From Mobula hypostoma (Eukaryota), in assembly GCF_963921235.1 (NCBI RefSeq), contig NC_086118.1, forward strand, positions 23,686,001 to 23,750,000: DNA of 64,000 bases, read 5' to 3'. Each line of letters opens with the position of its first letter. Positions within the stretch are counted from its first letter, which is position 1. Below are positions 1 through 11,899 of this stretch, one piece after another. The position numbers and the translations under genes were made by a program. Under the pieces are notes generated by a model. That model had not been told where the DNA came from. It worked only from the letters and a program-made list of their open reading frames with translations, and did no database searches.

Positions 1-590
1 AACAATTTTGAGTGTTACCAGACCCAAAAAATAACCTACCAAATCATACCAAATAACACATAAAATCTAAAATAATTCTAACATATAGTAAAAGCATTAA
101 TGATATGATAAATACACAGCCTATATGAAGTAGAAATAATGTATGTACAGTATAGTTGGGAAGATTAAGCCAAAACCAATTTGTGGGGGGAAAAAATCGG
201 CCCGTACGCGCATGCGCACGTCACAAATGCGAACGTCATGCGTGCGCACACAGGAGCCCGCGCAAGGCTTCATGGTCATGGTAGTCTACTCAGGGTAAAC
301 ACAAGTGTCTCGTCAACACACACAAAAAGTGCTGGTGAATGCAACAGGCCAGGCAGCATTTATAGGAAGAGGTACAGTCGACGTTTCGGGCCGAGACCCT
401 TCATCAGGATTTGACTGCTACTTTTGTCCCTTATTTGGGAGTGAGAAAGTTGGCAACCTGAACTGTAAAAGACATGTTGAGGTGAGTTTAACCCTACTTG
501 AACATCCCCCCCGCCCCCAGTTCGGCCGGTCCGCAAGAATATTGTCAATATTAAACCGGTCCGCGGTGCAAAAAAGTTTGGGGACCCCTG
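1..590. mobile_element. Right part of a non-autonomous hAT (Charlie-like) DNA transposon, cut by the window edge and interrupted by a Penelope fragment
   Basis: Ends in ...ccgcggtgcaaaaaagtttggggacccctg (590), the reverse complement of a CAGGGGTCCCCAA-type hAT terminus. The left end is not in the window. Confidence 0.65.
315..410 (-). mobile_element. Penelope-like element 3' end (about 95 bp) with hammerhead motif, nested in the hAT element
   Basis: Reverse complement closely matches 45128-45225 and 49054-49148. Minus strand reads CTGATGA-agggtctcggccc-GAAA-cg-TC-gact. Confidence 0.85.
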
Positions 591-3110
591 CTCTAACTGA
601 TAGACGGAAAGAATTAACAATTAAATTAAATAATCTAACTACTGCCTTTGTGAGCCAATGCTGAACTCCCCACTCTAACACAGGCCCACCCACACAATGG
701 TCGCTCCCAGAATGGCCACTCCACTTAAACCTAACTTACTTTAAATGGCCTTTACTAAATGTCTAATTTTGCACAGTCCAATGTCTCCTTGGGAACTGGA
801 TCCTGAATGATGGAGATATATTTAATCATAGGCAGGATTATGAGTATCTGGAAAAAGTTTGATAAGTAATTCCTGGTAAATCTGTTAGTAACAGTTTGAT
901 ATTGTTATCTTTGAGAAAGCAATATTTATGAAAATATAGCATTTCTGACACCTGCCCACACATTACAAAACATTAATAAAATTATTTTCTGTATTAATTG
1001 CAAGATTTCCTCTCTGCTCTAATTAAACTTTCTTAGATATATTATAGAAATGGAAACCATAGATCTTAGAATACTTAAAACAATAAATGTAACATATACC
1101 ATGCTGTGATGTCTATATTCTAATAACAAAATTCATAGCAAAATTTTGGTAGATATTCTGATAAAAAGTATAGCTGACCAGATCCAACCATCAAATACAA
1201 CTTTTCTTTTAGTAGATCTGCCTTCAGCCAGCTTGAAGTCTTCTTATCTCGGTGAGGAAAACATTAAACAAACTGAGTTTTTTTTTCCTTAGAACCTTCA
1301 AGGCTTCCTTTGTGACCCACTTTTCTTTTCAGAATCTGAAGATGTAGTTATGAAAAATTCATGCTGTTCAGTTCTACAACATTTTCATAAACCCACGGAC
1401 ACCATGTGGGAGTTCTCAGCACAATATGTCTATGTAGATCAAGCTCAGTCAGCCTAATCTTCACCATAAATGACAGATCAATCCCATCATTCCCAAGGGC
1501 TAAGAGTAGCCTGAGGAGGATAACGAATGTATCCTCACCAAATGACCTCAGAAATTTCCTGCTTACACATGACCTCAGAGGCAAGCTGTTCAATGTTTTT
1601 TTTTTGTTGTTTTTGATGGATTTTTGTCATTGAACTATTTTGATCTGTAGTACTCATTTTTGTCTGTAAGACATGATCAATCTGAACACCAAGGGAATTA
1701 TAATCTACAGCAAACTCTATTGTAACAGAGATTAAAGTACACTAATATAGAAATACAACCATAGCTACACACAATGATTGGGCAACATATGTGCTATCCT
1801 TTGCTACTAAACTTTTTGCTCCAATATCCCAGAAATTCAGAGATGAAACTTTTAATACCAAATTGGACATGTTTTAATATATACAACAGGGAACACATTT
1901 CTACCCCAAAGGGATTCCGGTCTATCAGTGGTGTGGCGAAACTGAGGTCAACATTATTAAAGTACTTGCTTTTGTGTAAATGTGTGCATTATTTCAAGAT
2001 ACCCTTTACAGCAAAGAAGTTACTTTCGATATGAAAGTAATGTTATATTCCAGAGAAAAAGGACACAATAATAATCAGCTATCTCTAGAAAATAGTTGAA
2101 GACTCCGTAGTACAATGTAAGAGCTAGTTTAAACTGACCATGCTAGAGTAGAAGAATTCAAGAATAAGCATCTTCCACACTTCATAAGTGGAGTAGAAGA
2201 AAATTATTCCCAATTTTGAGGGATTTCCTAAAATGATTAGGCAGAACACTAAGAAAACTTTCATGCTCTTTGAATATTTGTATAGAATTTTTTAAGCAAG
2301 ATGCAGAGTGAGGTGGCAGGGCAAGTTCATGGTTGAGTGACTCATCTACAGAATAGCGCCTTCAGATGGGTATCAGTGAAGCTTCTTTAAGAAGTTTTGT
2401 GCGTGTGATACTGAGGAGAGACGTTAACTTATGAACTTCTATGAGATATGAGAGTTCTGCCATTGAGTTAACATTGTCAAATATTTTTATTGAGTTGGTT
2501 TCCCCACAGTAATAAAATACTTGAGACTTTATGTAAATAATCCTGTTATGCTTCATAACTCCAAACCATGAACTAATTCACAGAAAAAGATGGAGCTGGG
2601 AATAACATGCCTAAGTTTTGTTTTTTACTTTATTAAGACACATGCATCTGGCATGGTGGGGTAAAGGCTCATGTCATTCATGTACTTTTACCTATAACCT
2701 GTAATGAAGCATTTCAATGAACAAGGATGCTTAATTAAACAATATATTTACAATATCACTCAAATATTACTGAAATGTTAAATACAGAACACTCCACCCT
2801 GCTTAGCTGTAAACTCCAAATCAATACAGAATGCGTCTCAGGCCTAAAGATTTAATTGCTGTAATGGATTTCTTACCCTTGTGGGATAATGTCTTTCCTG
2901 TTGAGGGTGGGGTTGGGTGTGGTGTTACTCTGCGTGGCAGGTCAGACTTGTGGCTGTGAATCAATATCATGTTCTGGGATCTTCTCCTGAATCCTGTTGG
3001 AATCCTGATCAGTGCATGGCAAGCCACTCAATCTGCTGATATATCTGTGGTAAACCATATATATATCCAGTCTTTTGGAGTTATTGATGGTGCATCAAGA
3101 TCCCAGGCCA

Positions 3111-5138
3111 CTAGACAAAGCTTTGAGCAGATGTGCTCATTTTGACCGCACCTTGATGGCTGGCATGTAGCTCCTCCAACACTTCAGCTCTCAGCTTGGA
3201 TGGTACAACAACTCCTAATCCCCACATAAGGCATCCACTATCAAGGGCAAGTTTATCTTCGTGTTGGTAAAAATGGGGGAGCGAGGATTTCTGCTGGACG
3301 TTCCATTCATTTTGGATTGCCATGTAGACCTGAGACAGTGAGGGGTTTTTTCTGGTTTTCCTTTGGATTATCTCTGCCGTAATAGGGAGGCTTTTGATTT
3401 GCATTAGGAAGAATATGTCAAGATGTATGTCCTCTTTTGTAAATGTTTTAGGTATTTCCTTTATCAAGGGTAGATGGGACAATCCATCTGCATTTCCATG
3501 ATTAGTTGTCCTCTTGAATCTGATCTTGTGTCCTCCAAGAAACAGAGCCCACTGAGTGCCAGGGCATCCCTGCAGTACCTGTTCCATAGCTTTCTATCAG
3601 AGTGCAGTTGCAGATGCTACTCCAAAAATCAACTTCTTATAGAAATAAGGCCCTTTCTGTGTGTTTATAGTGAGAAGCGCTTTTGACTTTTCTCCCATCT
3701 CCATCTGTAGGTAGGACTCAGCTAAGTTCACTTTGCTGAAGTGTTTCCCTCTAGGAAGGTTTGCAAAGATATCCTCTGTCCCGGGCAGAGGGTATTCTTC
3801 TACCTTCATTACTGGGTTGATTGTGACCTCAAAATCACCACAGATCCTGACAGGCCCATTTTTCTTGGCTGCTGGGACCAACCACTGGTGTTGCCCATGA
3901 TCTCCACTCTATCTTGGAAAGGATTACTTCAGCCTGCATCTGATCTAGCTCACTGGCTACTTTATCATGAATGGCTTAGATCAGATTATGAGAACACTCA
4001 GTCCTCTTTTATTGTCATTTAGAAATGCATACATGCATTAAGAAATGATACAGTGTTTCTCTGGAGTGATATCACAAAAAACAGGACAAACCAGAGACTA
4101 ACACTGACAGAACCACATAATTATAACATAGTTACAGCAGTGCAAAGCAATACCATAATTTGATGAAGAACAGACCATGGACACAGTAAATAAAGTCTCA
4201 AAAGTCCCCGAGTCCCCGATAGCAGGCGGCAAAAGGGAGAAACTCCCTGCCATAAACCTCCAGGCATCGTCAACTTGACGATGCCTTGGAAGCAGCCGAC
4301 CACAGCCGACACCGAATCCATCCGTCCGAAAACTTTGAGTTTCCGACCAGCCTCTCTGATACAGCCTCCCGAGCACCATCCTCTGCCGAGCGCCTTCGAC
4401 CTCACCCCAGCCGCTGAAACAAGCAAAGCCAAGGATTTCGGGGCCTTCTGCTCCGTAGATTCCAGTTACCACACAGTCACAACAGCAGCGAAGTGGACAT
4501 TTCAGAAGTTTTCCAGATGTTCCTCAGTACTCTCACATCCGTCTCCATCAAATCAGAATTGTGCACGGTCCCCTACGTGACAGATAACAGACATCATCAC
4601 TAAAGTGGCCATGCGCGCTGCCGTCGCACCGCCATCTGTTCGCTTTAGGAACAGAATGGGCTTTGTAAAACTTGGAATGGCATTTTAACCTTAATATGTT
4701 TGAGTTTTCCATTGAAATCCCAAGAAACTGCTGTGGTATCATCAAGTAACTTTCTTAATTCATTCTCGGTTGACTCTATTGCAGGGGATGTGGCATGCAA
4801 ATGGTTGATAGATCTCCAATCGAGTTGTAATTGTCTCAGTCAATCACAGACCCAGAATGCTGGCTCTCCTGCCTTGACCACATACAGTATAAGACCAATG
4901 TGTCTTGTGGGTTATTGTATTTCATTGTTACAAATGTCATTCCCACAGGAGTTATCTCATCTCCAGTATAAGTTCTTAGTTGGATATCCACAAGCTTCAG
5001 TTCAAAATCATTGAAATGCTGTTCAAACACAATTTGTGGAATGACTGATAGAGCAGAGACTGTGTCCAATTCAATTTTAATTAATTTTCTGCTCACTTCT
5101 GGTGTAAACCATATTGCTTGTCTCTGGTTAGTTTTCAC
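3111..5138 (-). pseudogene. pol: Fragmented Gypsy pol (protease-RT-RNaseH end-integrase N-terminus) with deletions, stops and an insertion
   Basis: ORF-track pieces 4836-5138 (protease), 3597-3881 (RT N-part) and 3111-3587 (RNaseH end/integrase zinc region) lie in Gypsy domain order. Confidence 0.85.
3976..4637 (-). mobile_element. Non-autonomous retroposon (about 660 bp), copy A, inserted in Gypsy pol
   Basis: Colinear with 23140-23811 and 58858-59472. Minus-strand 5' end AGATGGCGGTGCGACG; 3' end AATGACAATAAA followed by a (TAATC)-like tail. Confidence 0.85.
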
Positions 5139-5540
5139 ATTTTAAATCTCAAGGCTACACAGCCCTGTGCCACTTTCATTATGTCAAATTTTTCATCAAC
5201 AACATGTAGATTAGTGATCTTTTAGAAACTGAAACTTGACTTTTTAGCTTTGACTCTTCCCTGTGTAAGTGTGCTTTTTTAAAAACTGACTGTGTCTTGC
5301 TGTGCTTTTTCTAAAAACTCAAATGTCTCACTATGATTCAACAGGTATGTAGTCATCTCAGGTTTGTTTAAAATTTCCTCCTCGCCACTGTTACATTTTG
5401 TAACCCCAAAACAAGAAATGAATTGAATGAAAAGGACAGAGCCAGGAATAATGTGACTTAGTTTTGTTCTTTACTTTCGCAGGATGTGTGCATATGATGT
5501 GGTGGTGTGATGACATAAGTCATTCACGTACTCTTACATG

Positions 5541-6401
5541 TGTTACGAGAATACACATAAAATTAAGATGTTTGCTGGCCTGGGCTAGCATCAGTGGCAT
5601 CAGCAGTTGGTCTGCCACCTGCCCTCAGGGGAAGGAGAGATAAGGAACAATGGAGCAGCGTCTGGAGATGTGTAATGAAGGGATGTGGGAGAGAGAGCTG
5701 TCTGGAGCGGCTCCCCCCTTTGAACCCTGAACTGTTTGAAGTGATGGACAGGCGATACCCCAGCAGGGGGATAAAAAGGGACAGGTTCGCTAAGACAGAC
5801 ACACACGCCACCCGAGGTAACGAGACCCTGGAAGCGGTGCGCCTCTCACGAGTGGGTGAGAAGTATCAGACAACGACAAGGGTGGAAAGGTACGATCAGC
5901 GGGAACCCGGTGTGTGTCCGCCCTTGCCTGGGTGCCGGGTTCACTGCAGAGGATCGACCGCATCTGGAGGAGGGGTCACAGTCGGTGACCTCAGGTGACA
6001 TCACCAAGGACCCGCCCAAAAGTTGCTTGTGAGCCATCCCGCTGGTCTGTGAGTGAAGCCGTTCTGAATGATCAGTTGTTCCTGTTCTCTCTGTCTCTCT
6101 TCCCCCACCTTGTCCATCGCCATGGCAACGATTACTGCGAACTGAACTACTAACTGGACTGAACTTTGAGTCATTTTGAAATTGGTCATTTACCCCTAGA
6201 CAACGATAGAGCTTGATTGATGCTGTTATCTTAATTCTGTGCACATGTGTGGTTATCATTGTTGAATTGTTGCATTTATTATCCTTTCGATTACTGTGTT
6301 GCTTGTTTCTTTAATAAAACTTTCTTAGTTCTAGTACTCCAGACTCCAACTGAGTGATCCATTTCTGCTGGTTTGGCAACCCAGTTACGGGGTACGTAAC
6401 A
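5541..6401 (+). mobile_element. Solo LTR (861 bp) inserted inside the 5' LTR of the Gypsy element
   Basis: Termini TGTTACG...CGTAACA (7-bp inverted repeat); flanks CATG/CACG (4-bp TSD, 1 CpG-type mismatch); TATA-like GATAAAAAGG at about 5770; AATAAA at about 6313. The host LTR resumes after 6401. Confidence 0.9.
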
Positions 6402-7004
6402 CACGTAACCCGCAATTAATTATTTAAACAAACAAGAATGCTTAATCAAATGATATATTTATAATATTATTCAAAAATCACTGAAATATTAAATACACAA
6501 CAAATCTATGTGATTGTAATAATATATCTACTAAAAAGACATAATGCCATGCAAGTTGCTTGCATGCTTCTGTACTACAGCAGAGGCGTGCAACGACAAA
6601 GTGCAATGAAGAAAGTACCGGCAGCAAAATAGTAAATGCAACAGTGACAGATCTTGCAGTTAAAATAAACAATGCTCTAGGCAGCTCAATTTACTAGAAA
6701 TCATTGAAGACAAAAAGAAATTAGCAGACAATATATTTAGCCCTCTTTTTAGAGGTAGGCTCATTATTGATCTGATCCGATGTCACAAATGTGCTCACTT
6801 CACATAATATTATAATATAATTGGAGACTCTTTGTTTATAGTCAGAAGTTATGGTTAAAAATATTGGTTTAATCATTTTTACTGAGGCCCGAAAATGCTG
6901 CATGTGCAGCCTCATTTGCTCTGACAATAAAAGTAATTAGTGGTGCAGTTTCATGTCTGCACCTGCAAAAGCATTTAGAATTTGAACATAGTATAATTCA
7001 GCAT

Positions 7005-7500
7005 GGGAATAGGCCGCTCGTTCCATGCTGACTCTGTTGACTATGATGCCAAACCAAACTAATCCCAGTGCCTGCACATCGTCTATATACCTCAATTCCC
7101 TGCCTGTTCAGATGAAGATTTTTAAAATTTATGAAGACACCTAAGATACCCCACTTGCATGACTCTGGACAGATTATTTCTCATATAGTAATAGACAAGA
7201 ATCTAACAAATCATATCCATCCTTTGACACAGTTACTCTCTCTACAGTGTACCTTCATTTCAAACTGCAGAAGCTCACTAAAGCTTCTTTGAGAATATCT
7301 CCCAAAACTGTGATTGCTAAAAGGCACATGGAGACAACATCTACCGAATATTCACCAACTTGATGGAAATTTTACTACTGATCCTTCATTAAGTTGTTAT
7401 ATCATGACTTTCTGCCTCATAACACTGCACCTTCCATCATGAGGACAACATCATCTTCTCAAGATCAACTTAGCTAAGATCAATAACCATGCTTGAATGT
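7005..7500. mobile_element. Very degraded LINE 3' fragments (CR1-type minus piece, then an old CR1/L2-group 3' end on plus)
   Basis: Weak resemblance to the CR1 tails elsewhere in the window and to a ...cttctcaag..caact..caataa LINE tail. No ORF. Confidence 0.35.
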
Positions 7501-7895
7501 TAAAATGTGTTAATGAATGATACTCAAACCATGAACAAACCTACTGTATAAATATACATGTGAAGGATTTTTTTACTATCTTAACCTCATTTATTTTATA
7601 TATTTATACTGATCACTGGCTTTGATTTATTCAGTGACTATATATGTCAACATTTCTAAAAGCAGCAATAATTCTGATATACAATAATGCACAACTGCAA
7701 ATGACAATGATGAGTACTTGTACAGAATGTTTTTTCATCGTTATTTCTTAAGTGTTTAACAATGTAAGTTTGCCTTCAACAGCTCTTTTATTCTGTATAT
7801 TGAAAATCAAATTGGTCAGCATGAATGAGTTTATTATGTATAACTTTATAAATGACTCTCTAATTTCATTATGCTAGTAGAATCACAAAACATTG

Positions 7896-8792
7896 CATAA
7901 TGCCCTGGTTAAGAACTTGTTTTATTGTATTCCTACTGCTATGCTGCTAGGTATTTTATTTCAGCAGCTTTTCTGTAAAGCACAGTGTGCTCTGTTAATT
8001 AAGCTTCATAGTCTAGTATTTTAGTTTCTGCTAAGATAAGGATTCGTTTTCTCATCTCAGGAATGTTGTGTCAGCCAATCAGGTTTGTCTTGGTTACATT
8101 CCGTCCAGTGGGATACCATGGGCGGAACATTCCAGACAGCTGGGCAGGATCGGAATCTGAGGGATAGTGGGTTGATTTTGGATCTTTGTTGGTAGGTGTT
8201 GGGAAAGGAGGAAGGTGCAAAGAAAAGCTGTTCATGGAATCCCACCGAAGGGGAGACCCTGTTGTAAGAAGATTTTTGTGCAGATGAATGGCCCAAGGAG
8301 GAAGGGCCATTACATCTGAGTTAGCCAGTTTGTTTGTAACATTCCTCGAGGGAAGTTCAAACTGTGGCTGGTGACATGGGTTCAGCGCCAAGAGTCATTA
8401 AAGCAATACACCCGACTACTCTGGAAATGAGCTCCAACGTTTATGTGCACATTTAGACTGGTTTAACTGCAATGGGCCCTTTCTCATTTTTGTTCTTAAA
8501 GTTGCTATATCTGTAAATGTACTTTCTCTTTAAGTTTCTGCTGGTGTAAGATCTGTTACTTCCTGATTAACAATAACTTTGAATGGGGCAGTACTTACAC
8601 TGCATTCACCACGTTTTCCGTCTTCGCAGTGGAACATTCCCCTTTCCTATTTGATTGAACTTGAAACAGACCGACCCTAGCCACGTGTTGCTTATTGAAG
8701 GGTGACCTTCCATGCGATGCTGATTCACGTGGCTTTTAGCCAGAGTTAGCTAACGAGCATAGTTTATTATGAGCATCAGTGAGAGGGTTACA
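7896..8792 (+). mobile_element. Probable solo LTR (about 900 bp)
   Basis: Starts cataatgccc (degenerate TGTAAYGCCC) and ends gggttaCA; flanks ATTG/GTTG; GC-richer than its surroundings; CCAAT box at about 8075; no coding capacity. Confidence 0.6.
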
Positions 8793-9779
8793 GTTGGAAA
8801 CACCGAAATCCAAACAGCATATGTGCAAAGAAATAGCGAGTGAATATTTCAGATAAATAGCATTTCATTAGATAATTTTATTTAAAATGTCCTCCAGTCA
8901 CAGTATTTTGCTTTTGAAGGTATTAAATTGCTTCCTTATTTATTGTGTTACTGTTATTTTCCCCCTCGAATTCTAACTATTAAAATTACTGTTAAACTAA
9001 ATTATGGGCTCCCTTATCATGTGATTTTGTGATTCTATGTCTGCCTACGGTAAACCTGATGGGTTGGCTTCCCTTTTGTATAATGAGATTTGTTACTGAG
9101 CTTCCGTCGTTGTTTGTGAAGCAATGTCCTCTGGATTTAATATTTTTTCTTGTACTTCTAAAATGGTTGTCTCCCTATACTGAGACAATGCCACCTCATT
9201 CAACATTCTCAGCATCTCAATTCCCAATCTTTTTAAGAATCTTGTGTTTCAGTGAGATCATCTCTCACTCTTTGAAACTGAGAAAATGTAGATTGCTTTG
9301 AATGTATGAAGGGAAAATATTATTTTTGGGATGATAATCTCCTCAGAATCCCAGATGTTTTAAATCACTAATGTTTCTTGTTTGTATTTCAACATATGCA
9401 CTTTTTTTTTCTGACTACGTTTTACTGAAGGAATAGGCCAAATTGATAAATCCAATTTCTTTGCTAAAATCTAGACTTCACTCTGAGGGCTGTTGATCAA
9501 AAAAAGGGTAAGTATTCTGGCCTGTAGTTGTTGTTGGTTATTAAGAGCACATGGTACCTTTCCTCTAAGGGGCTTGGATTAGGAGTAGGAGGAGGACAAG
9601 ATCCATTTGCTGACAGAAAGCAGGACTTGAGACCCAGAAGGAAGCAGAGAAGGCAAAGGGAGAGGATATGGAAAGCTACGTTTCCATTTAAGTTTTTAGC
9701 AAATTATAACATATGACTTGAAAGTGAAACATCGAAAAAGCAAAATGAGTCAAGTCATGGAAAGATCCAATATAGAACT

Positions 9780-10020
9780 TTGTGTTGCTGAGAAAAAGAA
9801 AAAGGAAGCAAGTTAGAGGAACTCAGCGGGGTTAAGTAGCATCTGTGGAGGCACAAGAGTAAGTCAATTGTCTGGGTTGAGACCCTGCTTGAGAATGAAA
9901 GCGAACGGGATAGCTTGCCAGTATGTAACGGTACGAGGAGGGGTGGAACAGAGGCTGCTAGTGACAGGTGGAACAAGAAGGAGTATCATAGGCAGAATGT
10001 GGATGGGGACTGGGACAAAG
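9780..10020 (-). mobile_element. Degraded Penelope-like 3' end
   Basis: ggaactcagc..gcatctgtggagg..gtcaattgtctgggttgagaccct resembles the reverse complement of the other Penelope 3' copies. The hammerhead core is decayed. Confidence 0.55.
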
Positions 10021-11571
10021 GTTGGTACTGCCACTGCAGCTTTGAAGCAGTAAGTGATACTAAATTAATATTGTGCTTTACAGGCGCAGTATTGTAACCT
10101 TCTTTCCCGAAATGTGGACCAAGGGAGTGTTGCCTTCGCTGTGCTTTGGTCAAGACTTGACAAGACTGAAATGAAAAGCAGGGAGTGAAATACAAGCACC
10201 AAGAAACTCCATTTGGCTGAAATCTGCATTTTTATGAGCATCATTACTGACACCTTTCAGCTGCCTGACTTGACAGCGAGGGTGCCCAGACTGCACCGCA
10301 GAGTTTGTGGTTGTGACCGGACCCTCTTCCCCAGGCACAGCTCCTGGGACACCCAAGACCTGCGCTTGCTGGAAGTCCCAGATGAGGGATATGTCCAGGA
10401 TGTCACAAGCCAGAAAATAAAAACATTCCTCTGGCCCATATCCTTCTCACACCATAAGGCATTGGACCCTGCCCCCACCCAGTGAGATGCCAGGAGGCAC
10501 CGCACAGAATAGACCCGGGATCTATCCAACAAACAGGGAGGAAGAGTGGGAGGGGGTGACTGGAGCATGAGACGTGGAAGTCACTGACTTGAGCTGGGAA
10601 ACATGGAACACTGGGTGAATCTTCATAGATGATAGGAGGAACAATCTATAGGAGACTCTGTTAATTGCCTTCTCCATTACGAATGGACTTATATAATGCG
10701 AGGCCAACTCTCAAAAGGAGATTTCCAGATGCAAGCCAGACCTTTTGCCCTGGCTTGAGAGGACTCACCTAAAGGTGGAGCTGTTCAATCTGCCAAGTAC
10801 ATTGCTTCTGAGTGCACAGCAGAGAATCCCTGGCTGTCTCCACGTGTGCTTAAAGCATTGGACCAGCAGCAGGAACTACCACGTCAATCTATAGGTCAGT
10901 GAAGACCATTATCTGGAATCCCATTTGGTATGCATGTGGGGGGCATGCTAGTGGAGGGCAGCTGGAGGTTATTGTGGGCAACCTCTGCCCAGACCAGTTG
11001 AGAACTCCAGGTCATGGGGTTGGGAGAGACAAGGTCCGCAGGGTTGTCTCCAGCTCCTGATTCACTCTCCGAGTCTGACTGCTAGATTGGGGGGAGGGGA
11101 ACTAATGAGTAGATGGTTGTGGCTCCCAAAGGAGAACAGAAAGCTTTCCAAACACGAGATTTGAACCGCGGTCTTCATTCAGACACTGTGTCCTGAGGGA
11201 AGCCATGCAGCCGGAACAGTTGTCGAACCATGAGGCTGGCAGTTTGACGAGCTGACAGGAGCATAAGGGAGAGCAATGACATGGGCTGCTTTGGAGGACT
11301 GGTAAACAAATTCCAGAATGATGGAGGCAGCCTGGTGATGAAATCCACCGAGAGGTGTGACCAGGGGTAGTGAGGCACAGGCAGCGGGCAGAGCAATGAC
11401 ATGACACCTTGTTTTGGGCACAGCTGGGACAGGCAGATTCAAAGTCGTGGACATCTAGGAACATGGAGGACCACCAAAGTTACTTCTTTATAAACTCCAG
11501 AATACATTGAATGGCTAACCAGATGGGAGGAATGACCCTACTCCAACACTCTGGGGCGCCCAGTGATGGCT

Positions 11572-11899
11572 TTCTATCATTAGGCAGGAGACTCCAATGC
11601 TTAAAACCAAGAATGGTTGAGATGGGAAACAGTTTTTTCCCTCAGGCCATCAGGATTCTGAACTCCCTGCCTTGTCGCATTCAAAGTGTCACTGCTTAAT
11701 CTGTTCTGTATCTTACAATATTTAATTTATGCACTTTGTTTATTTAAGTGTAATCCATCTGTAAATTTCATCCTTACTTTCATAACATTTTGTGTGTTAT
11801 GTATACTACAGTGCTTTGCACCCTGGTTCGGAGAAATGTTGTCTCGCTTACAGTATACATGTATGTAGTTAAATAATAATAAAATTGACCGGACTTGAC
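11572..11899 (+). mobile_element. Rex1/Babar-type LINE 3' end inserted in the chromovirus integrase
   Basis: LSLGRRLQCLKPRMVEMGNSFFPQAIRILN C-terminal motif (compare 47423-47520); AATAAA plus (GACTT)-type tail. Confidence 0.8.

Larger units (their letters stand above)
2544..6502 (-). mobile_element. Decayed Ty3/Gypsy (Mag/K02A2.6-like) LTR retrotransposon with both LTRs
   Basis: LTRs TG..CA at 2544-2791 and 5389-6502 (the latter interrupted), alignable but diverged. Flanks AATCC/AATCT (5-bp TSD, 1 mismatch). PBS TGGCGAgGAGGA at 5376-5387 resembles the tRNA-Ser(GCU) 3' end. PPT next to 2792. pol remnants: protease IELDTVSALSVI, RT KKNGPVRICGDF..VTINP..EYPLP, RNaseH end HGNADGLS, integrase LEELHASHQG. 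Confidence 0.9.

Noticed and set aside
4098..4580. ORFs in the non-autonomous retroposon (also 23274-23820 and 58909-59241)
   Set aside because: Frames and lengths are not preserved between copies; consistent with GC-rich non-coding sequence.
5594..6259. 134-aa and 137-aa ORFs
   Set aside because: They lie within a solo LTR and show no recognisable protein motifs.
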